Part shown: in pieces, positions 1-10,162 of the stretch | Position numbering within the stretch: the first letter of the stretch is position 1 | Layout of the letters: the number at the start of each line of letters is the position of its first letter | Source of the DNA: Christensenellaceae bacterium 44-20 | Lineage (GTDB): Bacteria; Bacillota; Clostridia; Christensenellales; Christensenellaceae | NCBI GenBank assembly: GCA_041223705.1 | Contig: JBCLQU010000001.1 | Span: forward strand, 1,094,054 to 1,158,053 | DNA: 64,000 nt | Direction of reading: 5' to 3' | Notes under the pieces: generated by a model | Database searches by the model: none | What the model saw: only the letters and a program-made list of their open reading frames with translations | Told to the model about the DNA's origin: nothing | Made by a program: the position numbers and the translations under genes

Positions 1-159
1 TCCGACGGACATGCCCGAAGCGCCGATTTTCGTCCAGGGATACTGCTGTTTCAGCGCGTCGATATTGGGCGTCTTTGCCGCCAAAACGGCATTGCCCGCG
101 GCTTCTGCACGCTCGCCAAAGCCATCCAGAATCATCAGCGCCGTAAATTTCTTGCTCAT
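1..159 (-). CDS. gpmI: 2,3-bisphosphoglycerate-independent phosphoglycerate mutase, 5' end (continues beyond window)
   Basis: Minus-strand translation from the ATG at 159 gives MSKKFTALMILDGFGERAEAAGNAVLAAKTPNIDALKQQYPWTKIGASGMSVG, a typical iPGM N-terminus. The RBS AAGGAGAG overlaps the tpiA stop. The conserved order pgk-tpiA-gpmI supports the call. Confidence 0.8.
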   Translation of the reverse strand, partial: MSKKFTALMILDGFGERAEAAGNAVLAAKTPNIDALKQQYPWTKIGASGMSVG

Positions 160-169
160 AGGCTCTCCT

Positions 170-928
170 TTAGTAATTGACAACTTTCGAGAAATCCTCT
201 GCCTTCAGGCTGGCACCGCCGATCAGGCCGCCGTCGATTTCCTCTTTTGCCATCAGCTCGGAGACGTTCTTGGGGTTCATGCTGCCGCCGTACTGAATGC
301 GGACGCTCTGGGCAACTTCGCAGCCGAAGACTTCCTTAACAGCAGCTCTGATGTCGCCAATCGTCTCGTTGGCCTCATCGGAGGTTGCGGTTTTGCCCGT
401 GCCGATCGCCCAGATGGGCTCGTATGCGATGACCAGCTTTTTGACGTCCTCGCCGCAGATGCCAGAAAGCGCCAGCTTGGTCTGCTTGCTGACGATCTCC
501 CGCGTGATGCCCTGCTCTCTCTCCTGCAGGCTCTCGCCCATGCAGATGATGGGGCAAAGGCCGGCGGCAATCGCCGTCTTGACTTTTTTATTGACGGTCT
601 CATCCGTCTCAGCGAAATACTGGCGGCGCTCGCTATGCCCGATGATGACATATTCCACGCCAATTTCCTTCAGCATATCCGCGGAAATTTCCCCGGTGAA
701 TGCGCCGCTCTTCTCGAAGTGCAGGTTCTGCGCACCCAGCTTGACGTTGCTGCCCTTGAGCGCCTCGGCTACTGCCGGCAGGCAGACGTACGTCGGGCAG
801 ACCACAACTTCAGCCTTGGCATCTGCGACCAGCGGAAGCAGATCTTTCACCAGCGCCACCGCCTCGGAAGGGGTTTTATTCATTTTCCAGTTTCCCGCGA
901 TAATTGGTTTTCTCATACTATCCTCCAA
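170..928 (-). CDS. tpiA: triosephosphate isomerase
   Basis: 252-aa ORF with TIM signatures ([30 protein letters not shown]). It lies between pgk and gpmI. Confidence 0.95.
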   Translation of the reverse strand: MEDSMRKPIIAGNWKMNKTPSEAVALVKDLLPLVADAKAEVVVCPTYVCLPAVAEALKGSNVKLGAQNLHFEKSGAFTGEISADMLKEIGVEYVIIGHSERRQYFAETDETVNKKVKTAIAAGLCPIICMGESLQEREQGITREIVSKQTKLALSGICGEDVKKLVIAYEPIWAIGTGKTATSDEANETIGDIRAAVKEVFGCEVAQSVRIQYGGSMNPKNVSELMAKEEIDGGLIGGASLKAEDFSKVVNY

Positions 929-1001
929 ATCCTTTTTTCCCTTAAAGTGGGGTAATCGTTAGAAAGCTCCGCCCCGAAGGGCGGAGCTTATCGTACCTAA
1001 A

Positions 1002-2189
1002 TTATTCCTTGACGTTCAGCGCCGCAATGCCGGGGAGCTCCTTGCCCTCCAAAAATTCCAGGGAAGCGCCGCCGCCCGTGGAGATGTGCGACATCTTATC
1101 GCCGTATCCCAGATTCTTGACTGCCGCCGCCGAATCGCCGCCGCCGATGATGGTCGTCGCGTTGGTTCCTGCCATCGCCTCGGCAACTGCCCGGGTTCCG
1201 CCTGCAAAGCTGGGCATCTCGGCAACGCCCATCGGGCCGTTCCAGATGACCGTCTTTGCCCGGTTGATCTCTTCTGCGAAGATCATGCGGGTCGAAGAGC
1301 CGATATCCAGCGCCATATAGCCTTCGGGGATGCTGTCTACCGGCACCATCACCGTCTTGGCGTCGTTATTGAATTCATCCGCCGCGACCACATCGATGGG
1401 CAGCAGGATCTTGACACCTTTGAGCTTTGCCTTTTTGAGCAGCTCGCTTGCCAGCGCGATGCTGTCCGCATCCACAAGGGATTTGCTCATGTTATAGCCC
1501 TGGGCGGCCAGGAACGTATTGGCCATGCCGCCGCCGATGATCAGGCAGTCGACTTTGTTGAACAGGTTCTCGATGACGGGAATCTTATCCGCGATCTTTG
1601 CGCCGCCCAGAATAGCCACGAAGGGGCGATCCGGGTTCTCCAGCGCGCCGCCCATGAACTCCAGCTCTTTCTTGATGAGGAAGCCGGCAACAGCGGGCAG
1701 ATAGTGCGTTACGCCTTCTGTGGAAGCATGTGCGCGGTGCGCCGTGCCGAATGCGTCGTTGACGAAGATCTCCGCATAGCTTGCCAGCTTCTTAGCAAAC
1801 TCGGGATCGTTCTTGGTCTCTTCTTTGTGATAGCGCAGGTTCTCCAGCAGGACAACTTCGCCGTCTTTGACAGCGGCAACTGCCTCATCCGCGCTCTCCC
1901 CGATGACATCTTTCGCGAAGGTTACTTTTGTATCCAGCAGCATCTGCAAACGCTTTGCCACGGGCGCCAGCGAAAATTCCGGCTTGAATTCGCCCTTGGG
2001 CCGGCCCAGATGCGAGCAGAGTATAACCTTTGCCTTGTGATCCAAAAGATACTTGATGGTGGGCAGCGCAGCCTGGATTCGGGTTTCGTCGGTAATTTCG
2101 CCCTTATCGTTTAATGGCACGTTAAAATCTACCCGAACCAATACTTTTTTGGATTCTACAGAAATGTCTTCAATCGTCTTCTGTTTCAT
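1002..2189 (-). CDS. pgk: phosphoglycerate kinase
   Basis: The ORF track starts at 2276, but the PGK N-terminus MKQKTIEDI begins at the ATG at 2189, which has RBS GGAGAA. The protein is full-length and PGK-like throughout. Confidence 0.95.
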   Translation of the reverse strand: MKQKTIEDISVESKKVLVRVDFNVPLNDKGEITDETRIQAALPTIKYLLDHKAKVILCSHLGRPKGEFKPEFSLAPVAKRLQMLLDTKVTFAKDVIGESADEAVAAVKDGEVVLLENLRYHKEETKNDPEFAKKLASYAEIFVNDAFGTAHRAHASTEGVTHYLPAVAGFLIKKELEFMGGALENPDRPFVAILGGAKIADKIPVIENLFNKVDCLIIGGGMANTFLAAQGYNMSKSLVDADSIALASELLKKAKLKGVKILLPIDVVAADEFNNDAKTVMVPVDSIPEGYMALDIGSSTRMIFAEEINRAKTVIWNGPMGVAEMPSFAGGTRAVAEAMAGTNATTIIGGGDSAAAVKNLGYGDKMSHISTGGGASLEFLEGKELPGIAALNVKE

Positions 2190-2279
2190 GATGATTCTCC
2201 TTTTCTTGCTATATCCACTATAAAAAAGCAGTTTCCTGCCTAGTAAAGTCTCTTTCAGATCTACGTCCCACCACATTAC

Positions 2280-2308
2280 ATTTTAAAGAGATTTTCCGGC
2301 TTCGTCAA
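2280..2308 (-). promoter_or_regulatory. sigma-A type promoter for pgk-tpiA-gpmI (-35 TTGACG, 17-nt spacer, -10 TAAAAT)
   Basis: Read on the minus strand about 90 nt upstream of the pgk start. Hexamers are near-consensus with correct spacing. Confidence 0.5.
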
Positions 2309-2480
2309 CCATATTTTGCAAAATGGCAAAAAGAGCGCGTTTCCCCACTCTTCTTGGAGAACATTTTCGCATTTTTCCTCTCTCCCCCACATAACCGCCC
2401 TCCCGGCGCACTCTCTCCCCACTCTCCGCCATTTTTGCATCTCTTCTCCCGGGAAATAAATCCCATCTTGCGGCGGCACA

Positions 2481-2516
2481 AAAAAAGAAGGGCCTTTCCC
2501 CTTCTTTTCTGCGCGG
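2481..2516. terminator. bidirectional rho-independent terminator downstream of trmL
   Basis: Stem AAGAAGGG / CCCTTCTT with a T-run on both strands, immediately after the trmL stop. Confidence 0.5.
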
Positions 2517-2978
2517 CTATCTCAGATCCGGAAAGCCCATCTGCCGCGCCGCTTCATAGGCCGCAATGGCCACAGAGTTGGCCAGATTGAGCGAGCGCAG
2601 CCCTTCCCGCATGGGAATGCGCACAGCACGCTCAGGATTGCCATAGACGATCTCCTCGGGCAGCCCTTTTGTCTCTTTGCCGAAAATCAGGTAGCTCTGC
2701 TCCTGATAGCGCACCTGTGTATACGTCCGGCTGGCTTTGGTGGAGAAATAGTAGAAATCGCCGCCCGGGTTTTGCGCATAAAAGGCATCAAGATCCGGGT
2801 AAACCGTGAGCTTTAGCTTATCCCAGTAATCCAGGCCGGCCCGCTTCAGGTGTTTTTCATCGATGGAAAAGCCCAGCGGCTCGATGAGATGCAGATGCGC
2901 GCCTAAAATGGCGCAGGTGCGGGAAATATTTCCCGTATTGCCCGGAATCTCCGGCTCGACTAACACGATATTAAGCAT
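2517..2978 (-). CDS. trmL: tRNA (cytidine/uridine-2'-O)-methyltransferase TrmL (SpoU family)
   Basis: 153-aa SPOUT-fold protein with NTGNISRTC and GNPERAVRIPM motifs. Confidence 0.85.
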   Translation of the reverse strand: MLNIVLVEPEIPGNTGNISRTCAILGAHLHLIEPLGFSIDEKHLKRAGLDYWDKLKLTVYPDLDAFYAQNPGGDFYYFSTKASRTYTQVRYQEQSYLIFGKETKGLPEEIVYGNPERAVRIPMREGLRSLNLANSVAIAAYEAARQMGFPDLR

Positions 2979-4137
2979 GTTTCTCCCCCTTCCTTCCGCT
3001 GGTCAGCGCGATGGCCGCCCGAAACAGCCAAGGGCGGTAGGGCGCGACGGCCTTTTTGGGGCAAAACTCCATACAGCAAAAACAACGGATGCAGTTTTTC
3101 TTTGCGATATGGGCTCTGCCGCCCTTTGTTTTTATCACATGCGCCGGGCAGACGTTGGCGCAGATACCGCAGCCCACGCACTGCTTCGGCAGGATTTTGG
3201 GCTTGAGCGCCAGCCAGCGCGAGATCGGCCGCGCGAGCCAGCCGGGCAGCTTTGCCCCGGCCAGGCTGCCATCCGAATCGCTGGCCCGGACGAATTTTTC
3301 CACCAGATGCTCTTCTATCTTCTCCCCGACGACCTGCACCTGCCCCAACAGCCCGCGTTTTTCCGCCGCGGCCAGCACCGGGATTTCCCCGCGTTCAAAT
3401 CCCAAAAGCCGCACTGCCGCATCATCCGCCGCGTAGGGCGAGGCCGATGCCACAAGCACGCCCATATGCCGGGGGTCTCCCGTGCCCGGGCCCTCCCCTT
3501 CCATGCCCCAGACGCCATCGATGATGGAGAGCTGAGGCGCGACCGTCTGCGCAATATCCACCAGCATATCCGCAAAGGCTTCGCGGCTCTGAAAGCGGAA
3601 ATGCAGTTCGGCTTTGACCAGCCCCGGAATTGCGCCGTATAAATTCTTGGTTGCGCCGGAATAGACGGTCAGCGTATGGCTTTTGAGCTTGGCGATGTTG
3701 ATGACGAGATCTGCCTGAGCCAGCGGCGTTAAAATTGGCATTTCCCGGTAAACCGCCGCCTGCTCGCTGTGCACCGTCTGCTGGCCGCAGTCGAAATTGA
3801 GCCGCATGCCCGTCTGCCGGGCGGCCTCCTGCATGCCGGATGCCGCATAGACGCCTTTGAGCACGCTCTGGTTATACGCCCCGCCCGGGCTTTCGGCCAA
3901 AACCGCCTCCGCCCCCAGGGCGATCACCCGCCGGGCCACCGCCGCGACGATGGCCGGGTGCGTTACGGCGCACTGCTCCGGCCTGCTTTTATGCACCAGA
4001 TTGGGCTTGATCGCCACCCGCATGCCCGGCCGAACCCATTGCTCCAGCCCGCCAAGCAAAGACAGGGCTTCGTCCAAAGCCCTGTCTACCGTTTTCTCCT
4101 CATAATCCGCGCAGGAAACAAGCGCTGCTCTCTCCAA
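2971..4137 (-). CDS. DUF362 domain protein with C-terminal 2x[4Fe-4S] ferredoxin domain
   Basis: C-terminal CVGCGICANVCP...CIRCFCCMEFCP. The ORF track start at 4269 overlaps the upstream gene. A TTG at 4137 has a perfect GGAGG RBS 7 nt upstream and gives LERAALVSCADYEEK. Confidence 0.7.
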   Translation of the reverse strand: MERAALVSCADYEEKTVDRALDEALSLLGGLEQWVRPGMRVAIKPNLVHKSRPEQCAVTHPAIVAAVARRVIALGAEAVLAESPGGAYNQSVLKGVYAASGMQEAARQTGMRLNFDCGQQTVHSEQAAVYREMPILTPLAQADLVINIAKLKSHTLTVYSGATKNLYGAIPGLVKAELHFRFQSREAFADMLVDIAQTVAPQLSIIDGVWGMEGEGPGTGDPRHMGVLVASASPYAADDAAVRLLGFERGEIPVLAAAEKRGLLGQVQVVGEKIEEHLVEKFVRASDSDGSLAGAKLPGWLARPISRWLALKPKILPKQCVGCGICANVCPAHVIKTKGGRAHIAKKNCIRCFCCMEFCPKKAVAPYRPWLFRAAIALTSGRKGEKHA

Positions 4138-4147
4138 AATCTGCCTC

Positions 4148-4978
4148 CTATAACAGGAATTTTTCGATGGTTTTGGCGACGCCCTCTTCATCGTTGCCCG
4201 GCGCGATATAATCCGCCGCGGCCTTTGCCCCGGGGCAGGCATTGCCCATGGCCACGCCAAATCCGGCATACTCGATCATCTCGATGTCGTTTTCACCATC
4301 GCCAAATGCCATCACCTGCTCTGGCTTCAGCCCCTTCATTTGCATCACCATCTTCAGCCCGGAAAGCTTGGTCAGCCCGGGATTGGCCAGGTCGATATGC
4401 CCGAACTCGGAATAGACCACGCCCAGATTGCTCTGCCGCTGGAAAATCTCGATGAGCTCCCGGGCGCGCTTTTCCTCAAAATGCAGGACGATGAGCTTGC
4501 CCGTTTTTCCGATGACATCCGCCAGCAGTTTTTCCGGATCCTGATAAAAATGCAGGGTCGCCATAATATCGTTATCCGGGCGATCCGCGGCCCAGTGCCG
4601 GGCGGCCTGCATGGTGTAATCGTTGTCCAGGCAGCAGGTATACCCCTCGACGTTGACAAACAGCGCCGCCCGCTCTTTTTGGCAGAGTGCGGAAATCTGC
4701 CGCAGATCCGCCTCTGAAATCAGCGAGTGAAAATATACTTTGTTTTCATCCATCACCGCCGCGCCGTTGCCCATCACTGCCGGCCCTGTGATGCCCAGCG
4801 GTCGCAGGATATCGAAAAGATACGTCGTATACCGGCCAGTCGCGATGGAAATCTCGATGCCCTTTTGCATTGCGGCGCGCAGGGCATCTGCCGTGCGGGG
4901 CGTGATCTCCTTTTTTGACGTTACCAAAGTGCCGTCCATATCGATGGCCAGCAGCTTAATTTGCTCTAGTTTTTGCAC
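4148..4978 (-). CDS. Cof-type HAD-IIB family hydrolase
   Basis: LLAIDMDGTLV motif, GDGENDIEM motif, 276 aa. Confidence 0.85.
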   Translation of the reverse strand: MQKLEQIKLLAIDMDGTLVTSKKEITPRTADALRAAMQKGIEISIATGRYTTYLFDILRPLGITGPAVMGNGAAVMDENKVYFHSLISEADLRQISALCQKERAALFVNVEGYTCCLDNDYTMQAARHWAADRPDNDIMATLHFYQDPEKLLADVIGKTGKLIVLHFEEKRARELIEIFQRQSNLGVVYSEFGHIDLANPGLTKLSGLKMVMQMKGLKPEQVMAFGDGENDIEMIEYAGFGVAMGNACPGAKAAADYIAPGNDEEGVAKTIEKFLL

Positions 4979-6138
4979 GCTTCCACAAACTCCCGTATCC
5001 GTTTTAACGCTTCGATGATGTTTTCCATAGAGGCCGCATAGGAACAGCGGATATACCCCTCGCCGCTCTGCCCAAAGGCCGTCCCGGGCACGCAGGCCAC
5101 GCTCTTTTCAAAAATCAGCCGCTTGCAGAATTCCTCGGAGGAAAGCCCCGTGCTCTTGATGCTTGGAAAAGCATAGAACGCGCCTCTGGGCTCGAAGCAG
5201 GAGAGCCCCATCTCCCGGAAGCTCTCGACGACCAGCGTCCGCCGCCGGTTATAGTTGCGCACCATATCCGCCACCTGCGGGAAGCCGCTCTCCATCTCAT
5301 CCTTCAGCGCCTCGATGCCGGCCACCTGGCTCATGATCGGCGCGCACAGCATGGTATACTGATGGATTTTGACCATCGCCGCGATGACATCCGCCGGCCC
5401 GCAGGCATAGCCCAGCCGCCAGCCCGTCATTGCGAAAGCCTTGGAAAATCCGTTGATGAGCAGCGTCCGCTCCTCCATGCCCTCGGCAAAGGAGGCATGC
5501 CTGCCGCCGTACGTCAGCTCGGAATAGATCTCGTCTGCAATGACAAACAGATTGTGCTTTACGATCACCGGGCGGATGGCGTCTAGCTGTTCGCGCGTCA
5601 TAATCGCGCCGGTGGGGTTGTTGGGATAGGGGATGACGATGGCCTTGGTTTTTGGCGTGATGGCCCGCTCAATCTGCTCGGGCGTCAGCGTGAAATCCTC
5701 GGCTTCGCCCGTCTCCACCGGGACAGGAACGCCATGGCAGAAAGCCACGCCCGGCTCATAGGAGACATAGGAGGGCGCCGGGATCAACACCTCGTCTCCC
5801 GGCTCGATGAGCGCCCGAAATGCCAGATCCAGCGCCTCGCTGGCCCCGACGGTTACGAGAATCCGGCTGGCGGGATAGTGCACATTGTAGCGCGAGGCCA
5901 GGTATTTCTCGATCAGATCCCGCAGCTCGGGCATACCGAGGTTGGAAGTATAGTGCGTGCGCCCCTGCTCAATGGAGCTGATGGCCGCCGCACGCACATT
6001 CCACGGGGTAACGAAATCCGGCTCGCCCACCGAGAGCGAGATGACATTTTTCATATCGCTCGCAATATCGAAGAACTTGCGGATGCCCGAAGGCGGCACC
6101 GCCGCGATATGCGAAGCCACGAGTGTTTCCCTGTTCAC
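4966..6138 (-). CDS. pyridoxal-phosphate-dependent aminotransferase (class I/II, AspC-like)
   Basis: 390 aa with PLP-lysine context SKAFAMTGWRLGY and NPTG motif. Its start overlaps the upstream lrp stop in ATGA (translational coupling). Confidence 0.85.
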   Translation of the reverse strand: MNRETLVASHIAAVPPSGIRKFFDIASDMKNVISLSVGEPDFVTPWNVRAAAISSIEQGRTHYTSNLGMPELRDLIEKYLASRYNVHYPASRILVTVGASEALDLAFRALIEPGDEVLIPAPSYVSYEPGVAFCHGVPVPVETGEAEDFTLTPEQIERAITPKTKAIVIPYPNNPTGAIMTREQLDAIRPVIVKHNLFVIADEIYSELTYGGRHASFAEGMEERTLLINGFSKAFAMTGWRLGYACGPADVIAAMVKIHQYTMLCAPIMSQVAGIEALKDEMESGFPQVADMVRNYNRRRTLVVESFREMGLSCFEPRGAFYAFPSIKSTGLSSEEFCKRLIFEKSVACVPGTAFGQSGEGYIRCSYAASMENIIEALKRIREFVEACKN

Positions 6139-6626
6139 GGCGTCACCACCAATCTTTCTTCCTTCTCATCGCCCACCAGGATTTCGCCGTTCTCCTTGTA
6201 TTTGCGCATGATGAACAGCGTCTCCGTGCTGGTTACGCCTTCGAGCACAGAGAGCTTCTCCCAGACGAATTTGGAGATATCCTTCATGGCTTTGCACTCG
6301 ACCCGAATGGCCAGATCGCACCGGCCAGACATCAGATACAGCGATTTGACTTCCGGGAACTTATCGATGCGCCGGGCAATATCGTCGTATCCAAAATCCA
6401 GCTTTGGCGCAACTTTTATCTCAATCAGCGCTTCGGCCGGGGCATCCTCCCCCAAAAGCTCGGAATTGACCGTGATGCCATAGCGCAGAATAATGCCTGC
6501 TTCTTCCATTTCCCGGATGGCGGCCGCCACTTCCTGCTCCGTTGCGCCCAGCATCGCGGCGATGTTTTTATTCTCAATCTTCGCATCTGCCCGCAGAATT
6601 TCGAGAATCTCTTTCTTCAGCTCCAT
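6135..6626 (-). CDS. Lrp/AsnC family transcriptional regulator
   Basis: HTH plus RAM-domain architecture. The ATG at 6626 (MELKKEILEIL) has RBS AGGAGGG. The ORF track start at 6647 lacks an RBS. Confidence 0.85.
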   Translation of the reverse strand: MELKKEILEILRADAKIENKNIAAMLGATEQEVAAAIREMEEAGIILRYGITVNSELLGEDAPAEALIEIKVAPKLDFGYDDIARRIDKFPEVKSLYLMSGRCDLAIRVECKAMKDISKFVWEKLSVLEGVTSTETLFIMRKYKENGEILVGDEKEERLVVTP

Positions 6627-6683
6627 AAAAACGCCCTCCTGTGTCAATTTTTGTTATAAGTATAGCGGGAAAGCGCGCCTGCG

Positions 6684-7169
6684 TCAATCGCGCAGGCATC
6701 TTCCCTCCCGGCAAACTCTATTTTTCCCCTCGATTTTCACCAGAAACCGGCAGCAATCTCCTCCGGCCAGAAGAGACTGCTCTCTGATCACACTGCACCG
6801 AAGCCGGGGCAGCGCCTGCTCCAGGCAATACAGGATGCTCTGGCACGAGCATTCGCAAAGCATCTCGCTGGCCGTATACCCGCCGCTGTGCCAATCGCAT
6901 CCGCAGACAGCATATACGATCTCATATTGCCCCCCCCCCGGCATGATTTCCCTTGTCCGGATTCCCTCGTTCTCGCCAAGCAAGGAGAAGAACGCCGGGA
7001 TATTCTCCCCCGCCTTCCGGCTGGCCTGCCGATACAGCGCCAGCGGAGCAGAGCGCGCGCACGGCTCCGCGCATTGGCGGAACAGCGCTTCCCTCTCCTT
7101 CTGCGGGAGAACGGATGCGCCCTGCATCAGCCCGGTGATCCAGTTTTTTGCAAAAGCATCGTCTAGCAC
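6684..7169 (-). CDS. cysteine-rich hypothetical protein (possibly ATC-hydrolase-like, PF14196-type)
   Basis: 161 aa, GTG start with RBS GGAGAGAG. Contains VCGCDWHSGG, CECSCQ and GGDCCRFLV clusters. No confident family assignment is possible without a search. Confidence 0.5.
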   Translation of the reverse strand: MLDDAFAKNWITGLMQGASVLPQKEREALFRQCAEPCARSAPLALYRQASRKAGENIPAFFSLLGENEGIRTREIMPGGGQYEIVYAVCGCDWHSGGYTASEMLCECSCQSILYCLEQALPRLRCSVIREQSLLAGGDCCRFLVKIEGKNRVCREGRCLRD

Positions 7170-7219
7170 GTGTGTCTCTCTCCAAAAAGAGGCAAGCGGA
7201 TTGCGCTCGCCTCTTTTTT

Positions 7220-8617
7220 CTATTTTCCTTTGCGGATCGCTTCCATTTCGGCAACAGCCTGCGCATCCACAGCCTTTGCCATGGCCAGAAGCTCCGCATC
7301 CGAGAAGGTCGTGTTGCGGCCCTTTTGGTATTCCGCGTCGATGGCCTTGCGGATGCCGTCCACCAGCGCGCCCCGCTTATCCACTTTCCTGCCCTCGGGC
7401 AGCCGGAACGTGGTGTTCAGCCAATGCGCGATGCCCGCAGCGCCCGAATGCTCGCCGATCAGAACCTTGGCCGGGTTGTTTAAAATCTTATCCGTATCGA
7501 AGATATTATAGATCTCCTCATCCTTCATCATGCCGTCGGCATGGATGCCCGCCCGGGTGGCATTGAAATGCTCGCCCACAAAAGGCGTGCGCGGATCGAT
7601 ATGATAGCCAATTTCCTGCTCGAAATAATCGGCGATCTCGGTGATGACCGAGAGATCCATGCCGTCCGTGCGCCCGCGCAGCTCGGCATATTCGATGGCC
7701 ATGGCCTCCAGCGGGCAGTTGCCCGTGCGCTCGCCAATGCCCAGCAGCGAGCAGTTGACCGAGGCCGCGCCATACATCCAGGCCGTCGCCGCGTTGACTT
7801 CCACCTTATAGAAATCGTTATGCCCATGCCATTCGAGCAGCTCGGAAGGCACGCCCGAATAGAAGCGCAGGCCATAGACGATGCCGGGCACGCTGCGGGG
7901 CAGCGCCGCGCCCGGATAGGGCACGCCATAGCCCATGGTATCGCACATGCGAATCTTGATCGGAATTTTCGCATCCGCCATGAGCCGCATGAGCTCGTTG
8001 GCAAAGGGGACGACAAAGCCGTAGAAATCCGCCCGGGTGATATCCTCAAAGTGGCAGCGCGGCCGAATGCCCAGCGCCAGCGCATCTTTGACGATGCCCA
8101 GGTATTTATCCATCGCCTGTTTTCTCGTCAGCCCCATCTTATTGAAGATGTGGTAATCCGAGCAGGAGACCAAAATGCCCGTCTCCTTGATGCCCAGGTT
8201 TTTCACCAGCTCAAAATCCTTCTTGCTGGCGCGGATCCAGGTTGTAATTTCGGGGAATTCATAGCCCAGATCCTGGCAAAGCGCCAGGGCTTCCCGGTCT
8301 TTTTCGGTATAGACAAAAAACTCGCTCTGCCGGATGATGCCGTTTTCCCCGCCCAGCCGGTGCATCAGCTGGTAGAGATCCCGGATCTGCTTTGGAGTAA
8401 AAGGCGCCATGGCCTGCTGCCCATCCCGGAAGGTCGTGTCCGTAATCCAGATCTCATCCGGCACATACTGCGGCACGACGCGGTGGTTGAACCGCGTTTT
8501 GGGGATCTGATCATAGGGGAAAACATCCCGGAACAGCACAGGCTGCTCCACATCCTGAAGCGTGTAGTGGTAGTCATTTTCCTGCAATAGGTTTGTGCGT
8601 CGATACTGTTTTTCCAA
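7220..8617 (-). CDS. isopropylmalate/homocitrate/citramalate synthase family protein (DRE-TIM metallolyase; candidate Re-citrate synthase)
   Basis: 465 aa with ITDTTFRDGQQA and EWHGHNDF motifs of the LeuA/NifV/Re-CS family. TTG start with RBS GAGGTG. Confidence 0.75.
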   Translation of the reverse strand: MEKQYRRTNLLQENDYHYTLQDVEQPVLFRDVFPYDQIPKTRFNHRVVPQYVPDEIWITDTTFRDGQQAMAPFTPKQIRDLYQLMHRLGGENGIIRQSEFFVYTEKDREALALCQDLGYEFPEITTWIRASKKDFELVKNLGIKETGILVSCSDYHIFNKMGLTRKQAMDKYLGIVKDALALGIRPRCHFEDITRADFYGFVVPFANELMRLMADAKIPIKIRMCDTMGYGVPYPGAALPRSVPGIVYGLRFYSGVPSELLEWHGHNDFYKVEVNAATAWMYGAASVNCSLLGIGERTGNCPLEAMAIEYAELRGRTDGMDLSVITEIADYFEQEIGYHIDPRTPFVGEHFNATRAGIHADGMMKDEEIYNIFDTDKILNNPAKVLIGEHSGAAGIAHWLNTTFRLPEGRKVDKRGALVDGIRKAIDAEYQKGRNTTFSDAELLAMAKAVDAQAVAEMEAIRKGK

Positions 8618-8719
8618 CTCTGCACCTCGTTTCTCTTAAAATGAAAATTTTATATTACCGCGCCCGGAGATTTGCGCAAACCGGCGCGTCCTCCAAATTC
8701 CAGCGGCTGCCTTCTGTTT

Positions 8720-8755
8720 ATAAAAAAGCTGCAGGAAATGCTGCAGCCTTTTTCC
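8720..8755. terminator. rho-independent terminator downstream of the aspartate aminotransferase gene
   Basis: GCTGCAG / CTGCAGC stem followed by CTTTTTCC, with an A-run before it. Confidence 0.5.
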
Positions 8756-8759
8756 CACT

Positions 8760-9950
8760 CTATTCAAGCTCCTGGCAGAACTCCCGCAGCCGGGAGACGC
8801 CTTTTTTGATGTTTTCTTCGCTGGTTGCATAAGAGAGCCGGATGAAGCCGTCTGCGCCAAAGGCCACGCCTGGCACAACCGCCACCAGCTTTTCCTGCAA
8901 TAGGGCTTCCGAGAACTGCACAGAGCCGGAAATTTTTTGCCCATGGTATTTCTTGCCGTATAGCCCTGCGATATTCACGAAGATATAGAATGCGCCCCGG
9001 GGCATCCGGCAGGAGACGCCGGGAATCTCGCTCAAAAGCTCGTAAATCAGCTGTGCCCGCTGGGCAAAGATGGAGACCATCTTTTCCATATCCTCCTGCG
9101 GCCCGCGCATGGCGGCCAGCGTCGCATACTGGGAGATGGAGCAGGCGTTGCTCGTGCTGTGCCCCTGGTAGCTGGCGCAGAGCTTGGCGACCTGCGCCGG
9201 CGCGATGAGATAGCCGATGCGCCAGCCCGTCATCGCATAGGCCTTGCTGGCTCCGTTGATGATGATGGTGCGCTCTTTGGCATCTTCGGAAATGGAGGCG
9301 ATGGAAAGCGCCTGCTTTCCATAGACCAATTCGTCGTAAATCTCATCCGAGATGATATAGAGATCGTGCGCTTTTGCAAACTGCGCGATCTCCTCCAGCG
9401 CCTGCCGGCTATAGACATTGCCGCAGGGGTTGGAAGGGTTATTCAAAATAATGGCGCGGGTATGATCGCTGACTGCTCTTTCCAGATCCGCCAGCTCGGG
9501 CTGGAAGTCGTTTTCCTCCCGGGCCTGCACAAAAACCGGGACGCCCCCCGCCATTTTGACTTGCTCCGGATAAGTCAGCCAATAGGGAGAGATGATGATG
9601 ACCTCGTCTCCCGGGTTCAAAATCACCTGAAAGGCATTATAGAGGCATTCCTTTGCGCCGCTGGAGACCACCACCTGCGCCGGTGCAAACTTCAGGCCGT
9701 ATTTATGCTCATAGCGATCGCATGCGGCCTGCCGCAATTCCATGATGCCAGGGACGGGCGTATATCTGGTTTTTCCAGATTCGATGGCCTCAATGGCCGC
9801 CTGGCGAATATAGGCCGGCGTATCAAAATCCGGTTCCCCAACACCAAATCCAACCACATCTTTCCCCTGCGCCCTAAGCTCGCTGGAAAGTGCGTTGATG
9901 CCCAGTGTGAGAGATGGGCTGATTGCCTGTGCCTTGTTTGAAACTTGCAT
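8760..9950 (-). CDS. aspC: aspartate/aromatic aminotransferase (class I)
   Basis: SKAYAMTGWRIGY and NNPSNPCG motifs. The ATG at 9950 (MQVSNKAQ) has a GGAGG RBS. The ORF track start at 9974 has none. Confidence 0.85.
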   Translation of the reverse strand: MQVSNKAQAISPSLTLGINALSSELRAQGKDVVGFGVGEPDFDTPAYIRQAAIEAIESGKTRYTPVPGIMELRQAACDRYEHKYGLKFAPAQVVVSSGAKECLYNAFQVILNPGDEVIIISPYWLTYPEQVKMAGGVPVFVQAREENDFQPELADLERAVSDHTRAIILNNPSNPCGNVYSRQALEEIAQFAKAHDLYIISDEIYDELVYGKQALSIASISEDAKERTIIINGASKAYAMTGWRIGYLIAPAQVAKLCASYQGHSTSNACSISQYATLAAMRGPQEDMEKMVSIFAQRAQLIYELLSEIPGVSCRMPRGAFYIFVNIAGLYGKKYHGQKISGSVQFSEALLQEKLVAVVPGVAFGADGFIRLSYATSEENIKKGVSRLREFCQELE

Positions 9951-10162
9951 GTCTGCGCCTCCGTGTTCCTTCATTTTCTTCTTGTCGTTTTATTATCATA
10001 GCAGAATCATCCGCATAAAACAAGAGTAAAATGAAAAATTTAATTTGGAAAACTGCACATTTTACAAGTTTTTTTCTTGTTTGGCTTTCTTTTTGAAAAG
10101 AAAAGTAATTTTATAATTGCAATGTTTCATTTTAATTCAAAGGGCAGCGGCCGCCAAAATTG

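Noticed and set aside
11-955. 314-aa plus-strand ORF
   Set aside because: Antisense to tpiA, which has unambiguous homology. Amino-acid composition (Ala/Arg/Leu-rich) is typical of a high-GC antisense frame.
1086-2114. 342-aa plus-strand ORF
   Set aside because: Antisense to pgk. No motifs.
2190-2276. Possible CggR operator in the pgk leader (GGGACGTAGATCTGAAAGAGAC)
   Set aside because: Lacks the TGTC half of the GGGACN6TGTC direct repeat. No cggR or gap gene upstream.
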